64,000 nucleotides of DNA from Lentisphaeria bacterium (lineage in GTDB: Bacteria > Verrucomicrobiota > Lentisphaeria > Victivallales > UBA1829): contig JAGCNI010000019.1 in the NCBI GenBank assembly GCA_017646015.1, positions 27,735 through 91,734 on the forward strand, written 5' to 3'. Shown here in pieces: positions 28,250-36,869 of the stretch. Position numbers and translations under genes: made by a program. The notes under the pieces are model-generated. The model worked only from the letters and a program-made list of their open reading frames with translations. It ran no database searches and was not told the DNA's origin. Position 1 is the first letter of the stretch; the number at the start of each line of letters is the position of its first letter.

Positions 28250-29137
28250 TTATTGATGAGATTGTCCGATCACATGGAGAAAATTATTGACGCATTCATT
28301 ATTTTCTCTGTTGTTCCAGACTGCATAGATATCGACGGATGGCAGCTCCAGTTCTACGTGACGGAAGAGAACTCCATCGGGTGCGCTGTTTCTGGAAGAT
28401 TCCGGGACAAGAGCCAGTCCTACACCGGCACGGACGAGAGCCAGTGTAGCGAGTTTGTTGCCTGTATCCTGATGTATATGAGGGGAGATCCCCGCCTGTT
28501 CGATGACTTGGGAAACGGTGTCAAAGACTTTTGGATTTACATGTCTTGCAAAGATAAGCAGCTCAGCATGATGCAGTTTTTTTGCGGGGATCGTATCATA
28601 TTGGAGAAGAGGATGTTTTTCGGGGAGAGCGAGCATATACTGTTCGGAGAAGATCAGTGTATGCTCGAAATCCTCCAGATCCTTTCCGGAATAGGGGCGC
28701 AGAAAACCCAGTTGGATCCGGTGATTCCGCAGGGCATCGAATTGGAGAGATGTATCGATTTCCTCCAGACGCAGTTCGATTTCCGGATATTTCTTTTTGA
28801 ATCTGAAAACAGCCCCGGGCAGAAAGGTATTGATTGCCGGTTCATTGAATCCGATGGAAAGGAACCCTCTCCTGCCATTGGCAAGAAAGCGCATCCGTTC
28901 AGTGGCAAGGTCTGTGCGTTTCAGAATATCCTTTGCCTCTTCCAGAAAGATCCTGCCTGCATCGGTGAGTTCCACGACTCTGCTGGTGCGTCGGAAAAGA
29001 GAAACTCCGAGTTCATCTTCCAGTTTCCGGATCTGCACGCTCAACGGCGGCTGGGAAATATGAAGACGTTTTGCTGCATTACCGAAATGCAATTCTTCGG
29101 CAACGACTGTAAAGTATTTCAACTGCAGAAGTTCCAT
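28250..29137 (-). CDS. LysR-family transcriptional regulator
   Basis: I prefer ATG 29137 (MELLQLKYFTVVAEELHFGNAAKRLHISQPPLSVQIRKLEDELGVSLF), a canonical LTTR HTH. It is divergent from the hydro-lyase operon. Confidence 0.85.
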   Translation of the reverse strand: MELLQLKYFTVVAEELHFGNAAKRLHISQPPLSVQIRKLEDELGVSLFRRTSRVVELTDAGRIFLEEAKDILKRTDLATERMRFLANGRRGFLSIGFNEPAINTFLPGAVFRFKKKYPEIELRLEEIDTSLQFDALRNHRIQLGFLRPYSGKDLEDFEHTLIFSEQYMLALPEKHPLLQYDTIPAKKLHHAELLIFARHVNPKVFDTVSQVIEQAGISPHIHQDTGNKLATLALVRAGVGLALVPESSRNSAPDGVLFRHVELELPSVDIYAVWNNRENNECVNNFLHVIGQSHQ

Positions 29138-29156
29138 TGTTTCAATTCCTTTCAGG

Positions 29157-29215
29157 ATCAATAGTGAATCAGTATTGATAAAATAGATTGTTTTGTTGTA
29201 AAAATCAATAGTGAA
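29157..29215. promoter_or_regulatory. Candidate LTTR operator: palindrome ATCAATA-N9-TATTGAT plus a second ATCAATAGTGAA half-site
   Basis: Perfect 7-bp inverted arms at 29157-29163 and 29173-29179 contain a T-N11-A core. The 12-mer ATCAATAGTGAA recurs at 29204-29215. Both lie in the LysR / hydro-lyase divergent intergenic region. Confidence 0.45.
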
Positions 29216-29285
29216 AACTATATTTTATCAAAAGAATTCAGAAAAAGAAGGCATTATGCCGGAAAAATGAGAAAAGGAAAAGAGT

Positions 29286-30188
29286 ATGATCAGCCAAAAA
29301 ACAATTGAAGAAGCGATGTATGAAGCGATGCGTACAGCGGCATTGGAGATGCCGCCGGATGTGCGTGCCGCTTTGGAACGTGCGTTAGCGGAGGAAAAAG
29401 ATCCGATGGCGCAGGAACATTTGAAAATCAGTCTGAAAAATGCGGATCTTGCCCGTCGCGGAGAGGGATTGGTCTGTGCGGATACAGGATTCCCCTTATT
29501 TTTTGTGAAAGCCGGAGCCAATACACAGATCGAGGGTGGCTTCGGTGCGATTCGTGAGGCAGCTGAAAATGCTGTCCGCCGCAATACTGCCGAATGTTAT
29601 CTGCGTCCGACAATGGTGGATCCACTTCGCCGGAGCAATCCCGGAAACAACATTGGACCGGGAATGCCGAAGGTGGAACTTTCCTTTGAAGGGGAGGGGG
29701 ATGGTCTGGAGATCATTGCTGTTCCCAAGGGGGGCGGATCGGAAATTTTCGGTACTTTCTATCGGATGCTGTTTCCGTCGGATGGTGTTGCCGGGATCAA
29801 GAAATTCGTGATTGAATGTATTATGAATTCGTGCTATGCCGGAAAAATCTGTCCTCCGGCTCTGGTTGGAGTCGGGATCGGTGGAACCGCTGATCTTTGT
29901 ATGAGTATGGCGAAGAAAGCGGCATTGCTCCGTCCGGTGGGCAAGCACAATCCTGATCCTCTGGTGGCAGATTTGGAAAAAGAACTCCTGGAAGCCGCGC
30001 GCAAACTCGGGATCGGTCCGATGGGATCAAGGGGGATCAATGCGGTGATTTCTCTTAATATCGACTGTGCTGTGACTCATACAGCCGCATTGCCAGTGGC
30101 ATTCAATGCACAGTGTCTGGTGGGACGCCGCTGGACAGCTCTGGTTTCCGCATCCAATCAAATTCAGCTTACAGGAGAGATCGCATGA
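29286..30188 (+). CDS. Fe-S type hydro-lyase alpha subunit (class I fumarase / L(+)-tartrate dehydratase TtdA-like)
   Basis: 300 aa. GLVCADTGFPLFFVKAG (CQDTG-like cluster-ligand motif), PKGGGSE, GVGIGGTAD. Confidence 0.8.
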   Translation: MISQKTIEEAMYEAMRTAALEMPPDVRAALERALAEEKDPMAQEHLKISLKNADLARRGEGLVCADTGFPLFFVKAGANTQIEGGFGAIREAAENAVRRNTAECYLRPTMVDPLRRSNPGNNIGPGMPKVELSFEGEGDGLEIIAVPKGGGSEIFGTFYRMLFPSDGVAGIKKFVIECIMNSCYAGKICPPALVGVGIGGTADLCMSMAKKAALLRPVGKHNPDPLVADLEKELLEAARKLGIGPMGSRGINAVISLNIDCAVTHTAALPVAFNAQCLVGRRWTALVSASNQIQLTGEIA

Positions 30189-30808
30189 AAAATATCCAAC
30201 TGCCCATGAGTCCGGAAACAGCCCGGGAATTGAAACTCGGTGAACTTGTAACGGTCAGCGGCTTGCTTTTTACCGGACGGAGCCGTCTGCATATCCGTGC
30301 TGTTGAAGAAGATATTTATCCTCCGATCGACTATGAAAAAATCAACTGTTTCTTCCATGTCGGTCCGGTGATGATGAAAGAAAACGAAGACTGGCAGGTT
30401 GTCAGTTGTGAACCGACTTCCAGTATTCGTTTTGAACGTTACGGAGCGGATGTCGTCAAAAAATTTAATTTGCGTACATTGATCGGTAAGACAACGATGG
30501 GGCCCCGTACTGCTGCCGCATTGAAAGAGGTCGGCGGCGTGTATCTTTCCAAGATCGGACTCAGCGGAAACAGTCTCCGCAAACAGATCAAAAAAGTACA
30601 TAATGTTTATTTTCTGGATGAGCTTGGCAAGACCGAAGCGACTTGGATCTATGAAGTGGAAGAATTCGGACCGTTTTTTGTGGCGATCGATGCACAGGGA
30701 AACAACTATTTTGAACAGCTCGCAGATGATGTGAGTCAGCGTTTGCCGGAAATCGAAAATGAGCTTGGGATCGGGCAGGATTATGAATTTACGGAGGTCA
30801 ACGCATAA
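30185..30808 (+). CDS. Fe-S type hydro-lyase beta subunit (FumA C-terminal / TtdB-like)
   Basis: I prefer ATG 30185 (MKNIQLPMS...), which forms an ATGA overlap with the alpha-subunit stop. GELVTVSGLLFTGRSRLH, GPVMMKENEDW, IGKTTMGP are typical of the beta/swivel domain. Confidence 0.8.
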   Translation: MKNIQLPMSPETARELKLGELVTVSGLLFTGRSRLHIRAVEEDIYPPIDYEKINCFFHVGPVMMKENEDWQVVSCEPTSSIRFERYGADVVKKFNLRTLIGKTTMGPRTAAALKEVGGVYLSKIGLSGNSLRKQIKKVHNVYFLDELGKTEATWIYEVEEFGPFFVAIDAQGNNYFEQLADDVSQRLPEIENELGIGQDYEFTEVNA

Positions 30809-32166
30809 TGAAAGAGGAGATTCGTTATCTTTCTCTGTGCGGAATGCTTGGCTACGGTTATGCCCGTGAGAGTCTGGACAACGCATTTGCCGGAGAACTT
30901 GATTTTATCGGAGTGGATGCCGGATCCACAGATCCCGGTCCGTACTATCTCGGCAGCGGCATCGGATTTGTCAAACCCCTTCAGGTGAAACGGGATCTTT
31001 CCCTTGTGCTGAAACGTGCATTGGAACGTAAGATCCCGTTCATTATCGGCAGTGCCGGCGGTTCCGGAGCCAAGCCGCATGTGGACAGTACTCTTGCGAT
31101 CCTGAAAGAGATCGCAGAGGAACAGCAGCTTCATTTCAAAGTGGCTGTGATCTATTCTGATTTGGAAAAAGATTTTCTGATCCGTGCCGCAGCGGAAAAC
31201 CGGATCTGTTCCTGCGGTGGTTCTCCTGCATTTGATCCGGAAGTGATCGAGCGTCTTTGCAATCCCGTGGCTCAGTTCGGAACGGAACCGATCATTGCCG
31301 CTTTACAGAGTGGAGCGGATGTGATCCTTGCCGGACGCTGCTGTGATACGGCTGTTTTTGCATCTTATCCGATCATGCACGGATTTCCGGCGGGCTTGGC
31401 TCTTCATGCTGCAAAAATCGCTGAATGCGGTGCATTGTGTGCACGTCCGGTGGGGGCGAATGATTCATTGGTGGTGACATTGCGGAAAGATTCTTTCACG
31501 ATCGAACCGCCGAATCCTCTGCGGAAATGCACACCGGATTCTGTTGCCGCCCATTCGTTGTATGAACAGCCCGATCCCAACTGTTTTTATGAACCGGAGG
31601 GGATGATCGACATGCGTCATTCCAATTTTGTGCAGAGCGGGGAACGTGCGGTAACTGTTTCCGGCACAGAATTGGTTCCGGCATCCTCTGAAACAATGAA
31701 GCTGGAAGGGGCTGCTTTCTGCGGATACCGCTCCATCACGATCGCAGGATTGCGTGATCCTGTGGCAGTTGCTTCTTTGGATGCGATTGAAGAAGGTGTC
31801 CGTGCGGCGGTTGCCGGAAATATCAAAGGGATCACCGAGGATTATAAACTCCGTTTCCTGCGTTATGGAGTGGATGCTGTGGGGGGACGTCTGGAAGATC
31901 CGGATCCGCATTTGCCACGGGAGGCAGCATTGGTCATTGAAGCGATCGCTCCGACACAGGTTCTGGCAGATACGGTGTTGAGTCTTGCCCGTTCCAGTGC
32001 CTTGCATCAGGCATTCCCCAACCGGAAAGCCACAGCCGGAAATCTGGCATTTCCTTTTTCGCCTTCCGACTTCCATGGCGGTGCAGTGTATGAATTTGCA
32101 CTGTATCATCTGATGGATATGGAGGGGATCTCTCTGGAATTCAAGGCGCAGCTCGTGGAGATTTGA
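30808..32166 (+). CDS. AtuA-like (DUF1446) family protein
   Basis: 452 aa. The start overlaps the previous stop by 1 nt (TAATG). The assignment rests on size, the GxxGxG-less N-terminal pattern (ELDFIGVDAGSTDPGPYYLGSG) and the obligate-looking DUF4387 partner directly downstream. Recognition is moderate only. Confidence 0.5.
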   Translation: MKEEIRYLSLCGMLGYGYARESLDNAFAGELDFIGVDAGSTDPGPYYLGSGIGFVKPLQVKRDLSLVLKRALERKIPFIIGSAGGSGAKPHVDSTLAILKEIAEEQQLHFKVAVIYSDLEKDFLIRAAAENRICSCGGSPAFDPEVIERLCNPVAQFGTEPIIAALQSGADVILAGRCCDTAVFASYPIMHGFPAGLALHAAKIAECGALCARPVGANDSLVVTLRKDSFTIEPPNPLRKCTPDSVAAHSLYEQPDPNCFYEPEGMIDMRHSNFVQSGERAVTVSGTELVPASSETMKLEGAAFCGYRSITIAGLRDPVAVASLDAIEEGVRAAVAGNIKGITEDYKLRFLRYGVDAVGGRLEDPDPHLPREAALVIEAIAPTQVLADTVLSLARSSALHQAFPNRKATAGNLAFPFSPSDFHGGAVYEFALYHLMDMEGISLEFKAQLVEI

Positions 32167-32167
32167 T

Positions 32168-32470
32168 ATGAAACTGTATGATATCGCTTTTGTATGCCGC
32201 AGTAAAAATGCGGGACCGTTTCAACTTACAGTTGACTTGATGTTTTCGGATCGTGCTGACTATGATAAAGTGTTGCGATCTCCGGCTTTTACTCCGGAAA
32301 AGATCGCTCTCCTTTACCGTACCGATGCGGAGAAAGTCATGATCAAACCTTTTGAACGTATTCTTACGATCAAGGTCGTGATCCCGCGCTTGCACGGTTC
32401 CGGTTCTCCGGATGATACCGATGTGTATGGCAGTCAGCAGCATTTCCCGCTCGGAAATCTGGAAATCTGA
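32168..32470 (+). CDS. DUF4387-like small protein (AtuA partner)
   Basis: 100 aa. VCRSKNAGPFQLTVDLMF...DTDVYGSQQHFPL matches my recollection of DUF4387 (SKNAGPF, G-x-QQH). It starts 1 nt after the previous stop. Confidence 0.5.
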   Translation: MKLYDIAFVCRSKNAGPFQLTVDLMFSDRADYDKVLRSPAFTPEKIALLYRTDAEKVMIKPFERILTIKVVIPRLHGSGSPDDTDVYGSQQHFPLGNLEI

Positions 32471-32492
32471 AATATCGGACAAACCTGAAAAC

Positions 32493-32542
32493 AAAAAAAT
32501 CCTCTCTGTTGCCATTTCGGTTGGACAGAGAGGATTTTTTTT
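32493..32542. terminator. Bidirectional rho-independent terminator
   Basis: Perfect 11-bp stem ATCCTCTCTGT (32499-32509) / ACAGAGAGGAT (32525-32535), flanked by A7 upstream and T8 downstream. It lies between convergent operons. Confidence 0.85.
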
Positions 32543-32563
32543 CAACAGTTCCTGTAGAATGGA

Positions 32564-33301
32564 TCACTTGGCAAGTGATTTCATGTAAGCAAGACTTTTG
32601 ATTGCACTGTCAAAGGGATCCGGAGTGTTATCCTGTTCATAGATCACCCACGGACATGCGATCTTGCATGCAGCTTCAAATGCGCCTTTCAGATCGACAG
32701 TTCCTGTTCCGAGAACTGCCGTTGTAGCGGGATCATTGGGTACAACAATATCTTTCAGATGGATCTGTTTGATCCGTTTTGCATATTTTCCGATAAACGC
32801 TGCCGGATCGATCCCGGCTCTTGTCAGCCAGCAGACATCCGGCTCCAGAAAGATATTTGCTGTTTCCGGGGCATCCATGATTCTGTACATGGCGGGGACT
32901 CCCTGAATATCGGTGAATTCGCCCCAGTGGTTGTGATAGGAAAAAGTGATTCCGTGCGTGACGGCATTTTTGCTGATCTTGAGACAGCTTTCCATGACTG
33001 TCTGCCAATTTTTGGAGAAGTCAGTCATGGAACTGATCGTGACAGCCGGCGAGTTGAGTTCTTTTGCATATTCCCAAGCCTGACTGGAAGGATTTTCCAG
33101 TTCATCCGGAGAGAACATTGTTCCGCAGCACTCCAATCCCAATTCTTTCACATACGCAGCCAGTTCTGCGGGTGGGATATTGCCATAGCGGGCGGCAAAC
33201 TCCACTCCGTCAAATCCCAGTTCTGCAATTTTTTTCAGAGTCCCTTTGAAATCTTCATTCATTTCATTTCTGAAATTATAAAGTTGAACACCGAATTTCA
33301 T
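32564..33301 (-). CDS. Sugar phosphate isomerase/epimerase (xylose isomerase-like TIM barrel)
   Basis: ORF track starts at 33475, overlapping the upstream gene. I prefer ATG 33301 (MKFGVQLYNFRNE...ELGFDGVEFA), 1 nt after the upstream stop. Confidence 0.8.
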   Translation of the reverse strand: MKFGVQLYNFRNEMNEDFKGTLKKIAELGFDGVEFAARYGNIPPAELAAYVKELGLECCGTMFSPDELENPSSQAWEYAKELNSPAVTISSMTDFSKNWQTVMESCLKISKNAVTHGITFSYHNHWGEFTDIQGVPAMYRIMDAPETANIFLEPDVCWLTRAGIDPAAFIGKYAKRIKQIHLKDIVVPNDPATTAVLGTGTVDLKGAFEAACKIACPWVIYEQDNTPDPFDSAIKSLAYMKSLAK

Positions 33302-33302
33302 T

Positions 33303-34112
33303 TTACCAATCCTTTCCCAATATGTTTTCGACGTTGCGGTAGAGAATATTCCGCATGTCATCTTCTGTAATATCTGCGGATAACACTCCGCCGACAGCCT
33401 GATATTCATCAAACCACGGCAAGTCTGTTCCGAAGAGAATTTTTTCACTGCCGACCATGCCGACCAGTTTTTCAATGATTCCCCGTTCTCCGGGAACTGC
33501 AGTCAGTTCGAGCCAGACATTGTTATGAGTTTCTTTCACGCAGCGTTCAGCATATTCCCATGCGCCGAAACAGCAGTGTGCGAGGAAGAATTTTGCATTC
33601 GGATATTTGCAGAGCGTTTCATAGATCCCGCATTCCGGAGCATTTCCCCAGGTGTGGATCAGAACCGGCAATGCGCGTTCATCGGCAAAACTCAGCGCAT
33701 AGTCATATTCTTTGTCGGAGAGTTTATGATTATGATAGATCGGCAGTATTTTCAGTCCAACTGCATAAGGCTTCCAGGAATCAAACAACGCAAGATCCCG
33801 TTTGATTTCTTCCGTCCGTTGGGGAATGATCCCGGCATACATCCGCAGATGTTCAGGATATTCCCGGCAGATTTCTACCACTTCCGGATTGGGTTTGAAT
33901 CCGGTCAATGTTTCATGATGGGAAAAGACAAGATGTTTGATCCCGATCCGTTTCATGTGTGCGACCATATCTGCCGGCATACAGTTCTGAAAATAGATCC
34001 CGTAGGCGGGACCCATGTGCCCGTGCATATCATAAATCGGAAAATCCAGTTTGCCAGTGTTCCAGAGCTGTTCAGCCAATGATCCCTTTTTTTCCCAGAT
34101 GGCTTCTTTCAT
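33303..34112 (-). CDS. Amidohydrolase-2 family metal-dependent TIM-barrel hydrolase
   Basis: 269 aa. HxH motif in IYDMHGHMG, then VFSHH, LIHTWG, FLAHCC, ILFGTDLPW. Confidence 0.7.
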   Translation of the reverse strand: MKEAIWEKKGSLAEQLWNTGKLDFPIYDMHGHMGPAYGIYFQNCMPADMVAHMKRIGIKHLVFSHHETLTGFKPNPEVVEICREYPEHLRMYAGIIPQRTEEIKRDLALFDSWKPYAVGLKILPIYHNHKLSDKEYDYALSFADERALPVLIHTWGNAPECGIYETLCKYPNAKFFLAHCCFGAWEYAERCVKETHNNVWLELTAVPGERGIIEKLVGMVGSEKILFGTDLPWFDEYQAVGGVLSADITEDDMRNILYRNVENILGKDW

Positions 34113-34858
34113 AATTGAGCTCCTTTCAGAAGAGAATCAAGATTTCCTGCTGCGATTTTTGCGACAGATTCATGATCCAGACCGGAATATTTCACCTGCA
34201 TCATACCGCAACCATGATTGTAACGCGGGAAATTACTGCCGTAGATCAGACGTTCCGCACCGTATTTTTTTGCAAGAATGGCGAGACCATCCTGCACCCA
34301 GTAGCCGGCTGTACCGAAATAAAAGTTTTCATAGGTGTCCAGCAGCGGACGGATCTGTCTGTCATATCCCCATTTTCCACAGGCTTCTGTATAGATACAG
34401 GTATTTTTCGGGAATTCTTCCATGAAGTCATAGAGTTGATTCCATTTTTCAGCGAATGCATCCAGCAGGACAGGGATTTTCCGTTCTGCGGCGGCATCCA
34501 TGATTTTTCCGATCACGTTGTGACGGGGAACATAACGGTGTTCAAAAGGTGAAAGAGTAATGGCTCCGATCCGGTTTTCTTTCATGAGTTTGAAAAATTG
34601 ATCCGGCGGGGGGATTTCTCCGCAGGAATCCGGCATGATACACCAGACACCGACAAGGCGGTTTTCTGTATCCTCTCTGACCATTTCTGCGATTTGACTG
34701 TTGGAGGGAAGTGCGCCCCAGCGGATGGCATTGTGACGGACCAGTGCCCGTTCAACTCCGTAACGATCCAGGTCTGACAGCAATTCTGCTGTTTTCGGCA
34801 TGATATCCAGATCATTGCCGATCCTGCAGTTTGCATCAAAAAAATGTAGATCTTTCAT
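34109..34858 (-). CDS. Amidohydrolase-related TIM-barrel protein lacking the N-terminal HxH motif
   Basis: 249 aa. FFDANCRIG sits where HxH is expected. C-terminal RLIYGSNFP resembles the amidohydrolase-2 Asp strand region. ATGA overlap with the downstream paralogue. Confidence 0.55.
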   Translation of the reverse strand: MKDLHFFDANCRIGNDLDIMPKTAELLSDLDRYGVERALVRHNAIRWGALPSNSQIAEMVREDTENRLVGVWCIMPDSCGEIPPPDQFFKLMKENRIGAITLSPFEHRYVPRHNVIGKIMDAAAERKIPVLLDAFAEKWNQLYDFMEEFPKNTCIYTEACGKWGYDRQIRPLLDTYENFYFGTAGYWVQDGLAILAKKYGAERLIYGSNFPRYNHGCGMMQVKYSGLDHESVAKIAAGNLDSLLKGAQL

Positions 34859-34896
34859 CTTGCATGAACTCCATTTTTGAAAGGTGGAAAATTGGC

Positions 34897-36627
34897 TTAT
34901 TTGAAACGTTCAAGAATCACTTCTGCTACATGCAGTTCTGCGGGAAGTTCCGGTCTGCATGATTCCAGCGTAAGAGAATATCTGCCGGGTTTGTCAAAAG
35001 AGATCACTCCGGCTCTGGCGGTATGGAAACGGGCTGTCGGTTCTGCCTGCATCGGAGGCGGCGGCAACTGTTGTGCATCCGGAAGCCAGCGTTCGATCAC
35101 AGCACCGTTGGAGACACTGATTTTCCAGACACGGTTTTGAAGATCGACTTTCTGATACCGGATCGAAATACGGTAACAACCCGGTTCTGTCAATTCAAAA
35201 TCCCAGGTCGCTTTTGCGTTCGGCTGCCAGTTGTGGATGATATTGACATAAATAAATTCCCCGAACCGTTCCGCCCAGAAATCATGTTTGAATTCAGCAT
35301 TGGTCAGTACGGCTGTTTCCGCTTTGAGATGACACGGATAGAGTGGATCCGCTGTGATCACAGAATCTGTCAGTTCTCCGATTTCTTTTTCGCAGACAAT
35401 TTCCAATACTTCGTACAAGTCATCTCCGGTCATTTCCGGCAGATCGATCTTGAATGACTTTTCATTCTGTTCAAAACGGAGTTTCTGATTTTTTCCCAAC
35501 CATGTGACTTCACGGATCACACCGGGAAAACCGTATTCCGTAATTGTTTTTCCCGGCAGCCAGTTCTGCAAGACAAAATATGCCTTTTCTTTTCTGCGTG
35601 TGCAGTCGCCCCACGAACGGACAGTCGTCCACGGGGATGATTGAGCACTGTAAATGACTTTATCGCCATATTTTTGGAGCCATTTTCCTGTTTCCAACAG
35701 CGCATGACGGCATGGCGCAGGGATATTTCCTTTTGGATCCGGTCCGACATTGAGCATGAATGTGCCGCCCCGGGCTACGACCTGAATCAGATCCCAAAGG
35801 ATTTCCGAAGCAGAACAGAAATCCTGATCAATGGCTGAATATCCCCAACTGTTGTTGCTTGTGCGGATACATTCCCACAAGCCGGGAATACGGTGTGCCG
35901 GAACTTCATTATCATTCATACTGGAATAATCGCCGACTCCGTTTCCGATTCGGCTGTTGACCAGAGCTTCCGGCTGGTAACGATGAACCAGTTCAACGAT
36001 TTTTTTGGATTGTTCTGGAGTCATTTTGCCGGGTGTATCGAACCAGATCAGAGCCAGTTTCCCGTAATGGGTCAACAATTCTTCGATTTGCGGGAGACAT
36101 TTTTCCTGAAAATATTTTTCAAAGTCCGCATCTTTCAGAGATTCATCCCATCGGTTGTATGCCTGCCAGTCCTGAAATTGAGAATAGTAAAATCCGAATC
36201 CGAGACCTTGTTTTCTGCATTCTTCTGCCAGTTCCGCCATGGGATCCCGCTTGAATGGTGTCGCATCATAGATGTTGAAAGGATCTTTGGAACGGAACAT
36301 CGCGAAGCCTTCATGGTGTTTGGCTGTGACAATGATATATTTCATTCCTGCTGCTTTTGCTGTTGCGACAAAATCTGCGGCATCAAAATCGGACGGGTTG
36401 AATTCTTTGGCAATATCAGCATAGTCCGCGGCGGAAATGTTCGCTGTACACATAAGCCATTCTGTGATCCCGTGATATGTTTTCCCTTTCCAGATCCCTC
36501 CGGTATGAGAATACAAACCCCAGTGAACAAACATGGCAAATTTGCATTGTTTGAAATATGTTGCTTTGGGATCATCAACGGAAAGTACGCTTTCTGTTGA
36601 TCCCCATAACTCATTCATCTGTTCCAT
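34897..36627 (-). CDS. Alpha-L-fucosidase (GH29) with C-terminal beta-sandwich domain
   Basis: 576 aa. KFAMFVHWGLYS, AKAAGMKYIIVTAKHHEGFAMFRSK, LIWFDTP are typical GH29 motifs. Confidence 0.9.
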   Translation of the reverse strand: MEQMNELWGSTESVLSVDDPKATYFKQCKFAMFVHWGLYSHTGGIWKGKTYHGITEWLMCTANISAADYADIAKEFNPSDFDAADFVATAKAAGMKYIIVTAKHHEGFAMFRSKDPFNIYDATPFKRDPMAELAEECRKQGLGFGFYYSQFQDWQAYNRWDESLKDADFEKYFQEKCLPQIEELLTHYGKLALIWFDTPGKMTPEQSKKIVELVHRYQPEALVNSRIGNGVGDYSSMNDNEVPAHRIPGLWECIRTSNNSWGYSAIDQDFCSASEILWDLIQVVARGGTFMLNVGPDPKGNIPAPCRHALLETGKWLQKYGDKVIYSAQSSPWTTVRSWGDCTRRKEKAYFVLQNWLPGKTITEYGFPGVIREVTWLGKNQKLRFEQNEKSFKIDLPEMTGDDLYEVLEIVCEKEIGELTDSVITADPLYPCHLKAETAVLTNAEFKHDFWAERFGEFIYVNIIHNWQPNAKATWDFELTEPGCYRISIRYQKVDLQNRVWKISVSNGAVIERWLPDAQQLPPPPMQAEPTARFHTARAGVISFDKPGRYSLTLESCRPELPAELHVAEVILERFK

Positions 36628-36809
36628 AAGTAACCTCCGTTTTTGATAATGAATTGCTCCGAGTGCGTCTGACTATAACGCTTGAGAATATGAATTGCAA
36701 TCAAAAAAATAGAATATTTCTGTGTTTATATCCTTTTTTCCGGAAAAATTTTTTCTTCAGATTTGCTTTTTATCTTTTTATGTATCATATTATAATCTGT
36801 TTTTAGGTT

Positions 36810-36859
36810 TTTGTAAATACTTGAAATGTGCTAAATATACTTGAATTATGCTTTTTATA
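36810..36859 (+). promoter_or_regulatory. Conserved intergenic element, copy B (tandem ~20-nt direct repeat), candidate AraC-type operator/promoter
   Basis: TTTGTAAATACTTGAAATGTGCTAAATATACTTGAATTATGCTTTTTATA. The repeat units ATACTTGAAATGTGCT and ATACTTGAATTATGCT are offset by 20 nt. It ends 10 nt before the AraC start (36870) and is ~80% identical to 28142-28190. Confidence 0.45.
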
Positions 36860-36869
36860 GAGGTTTTGG

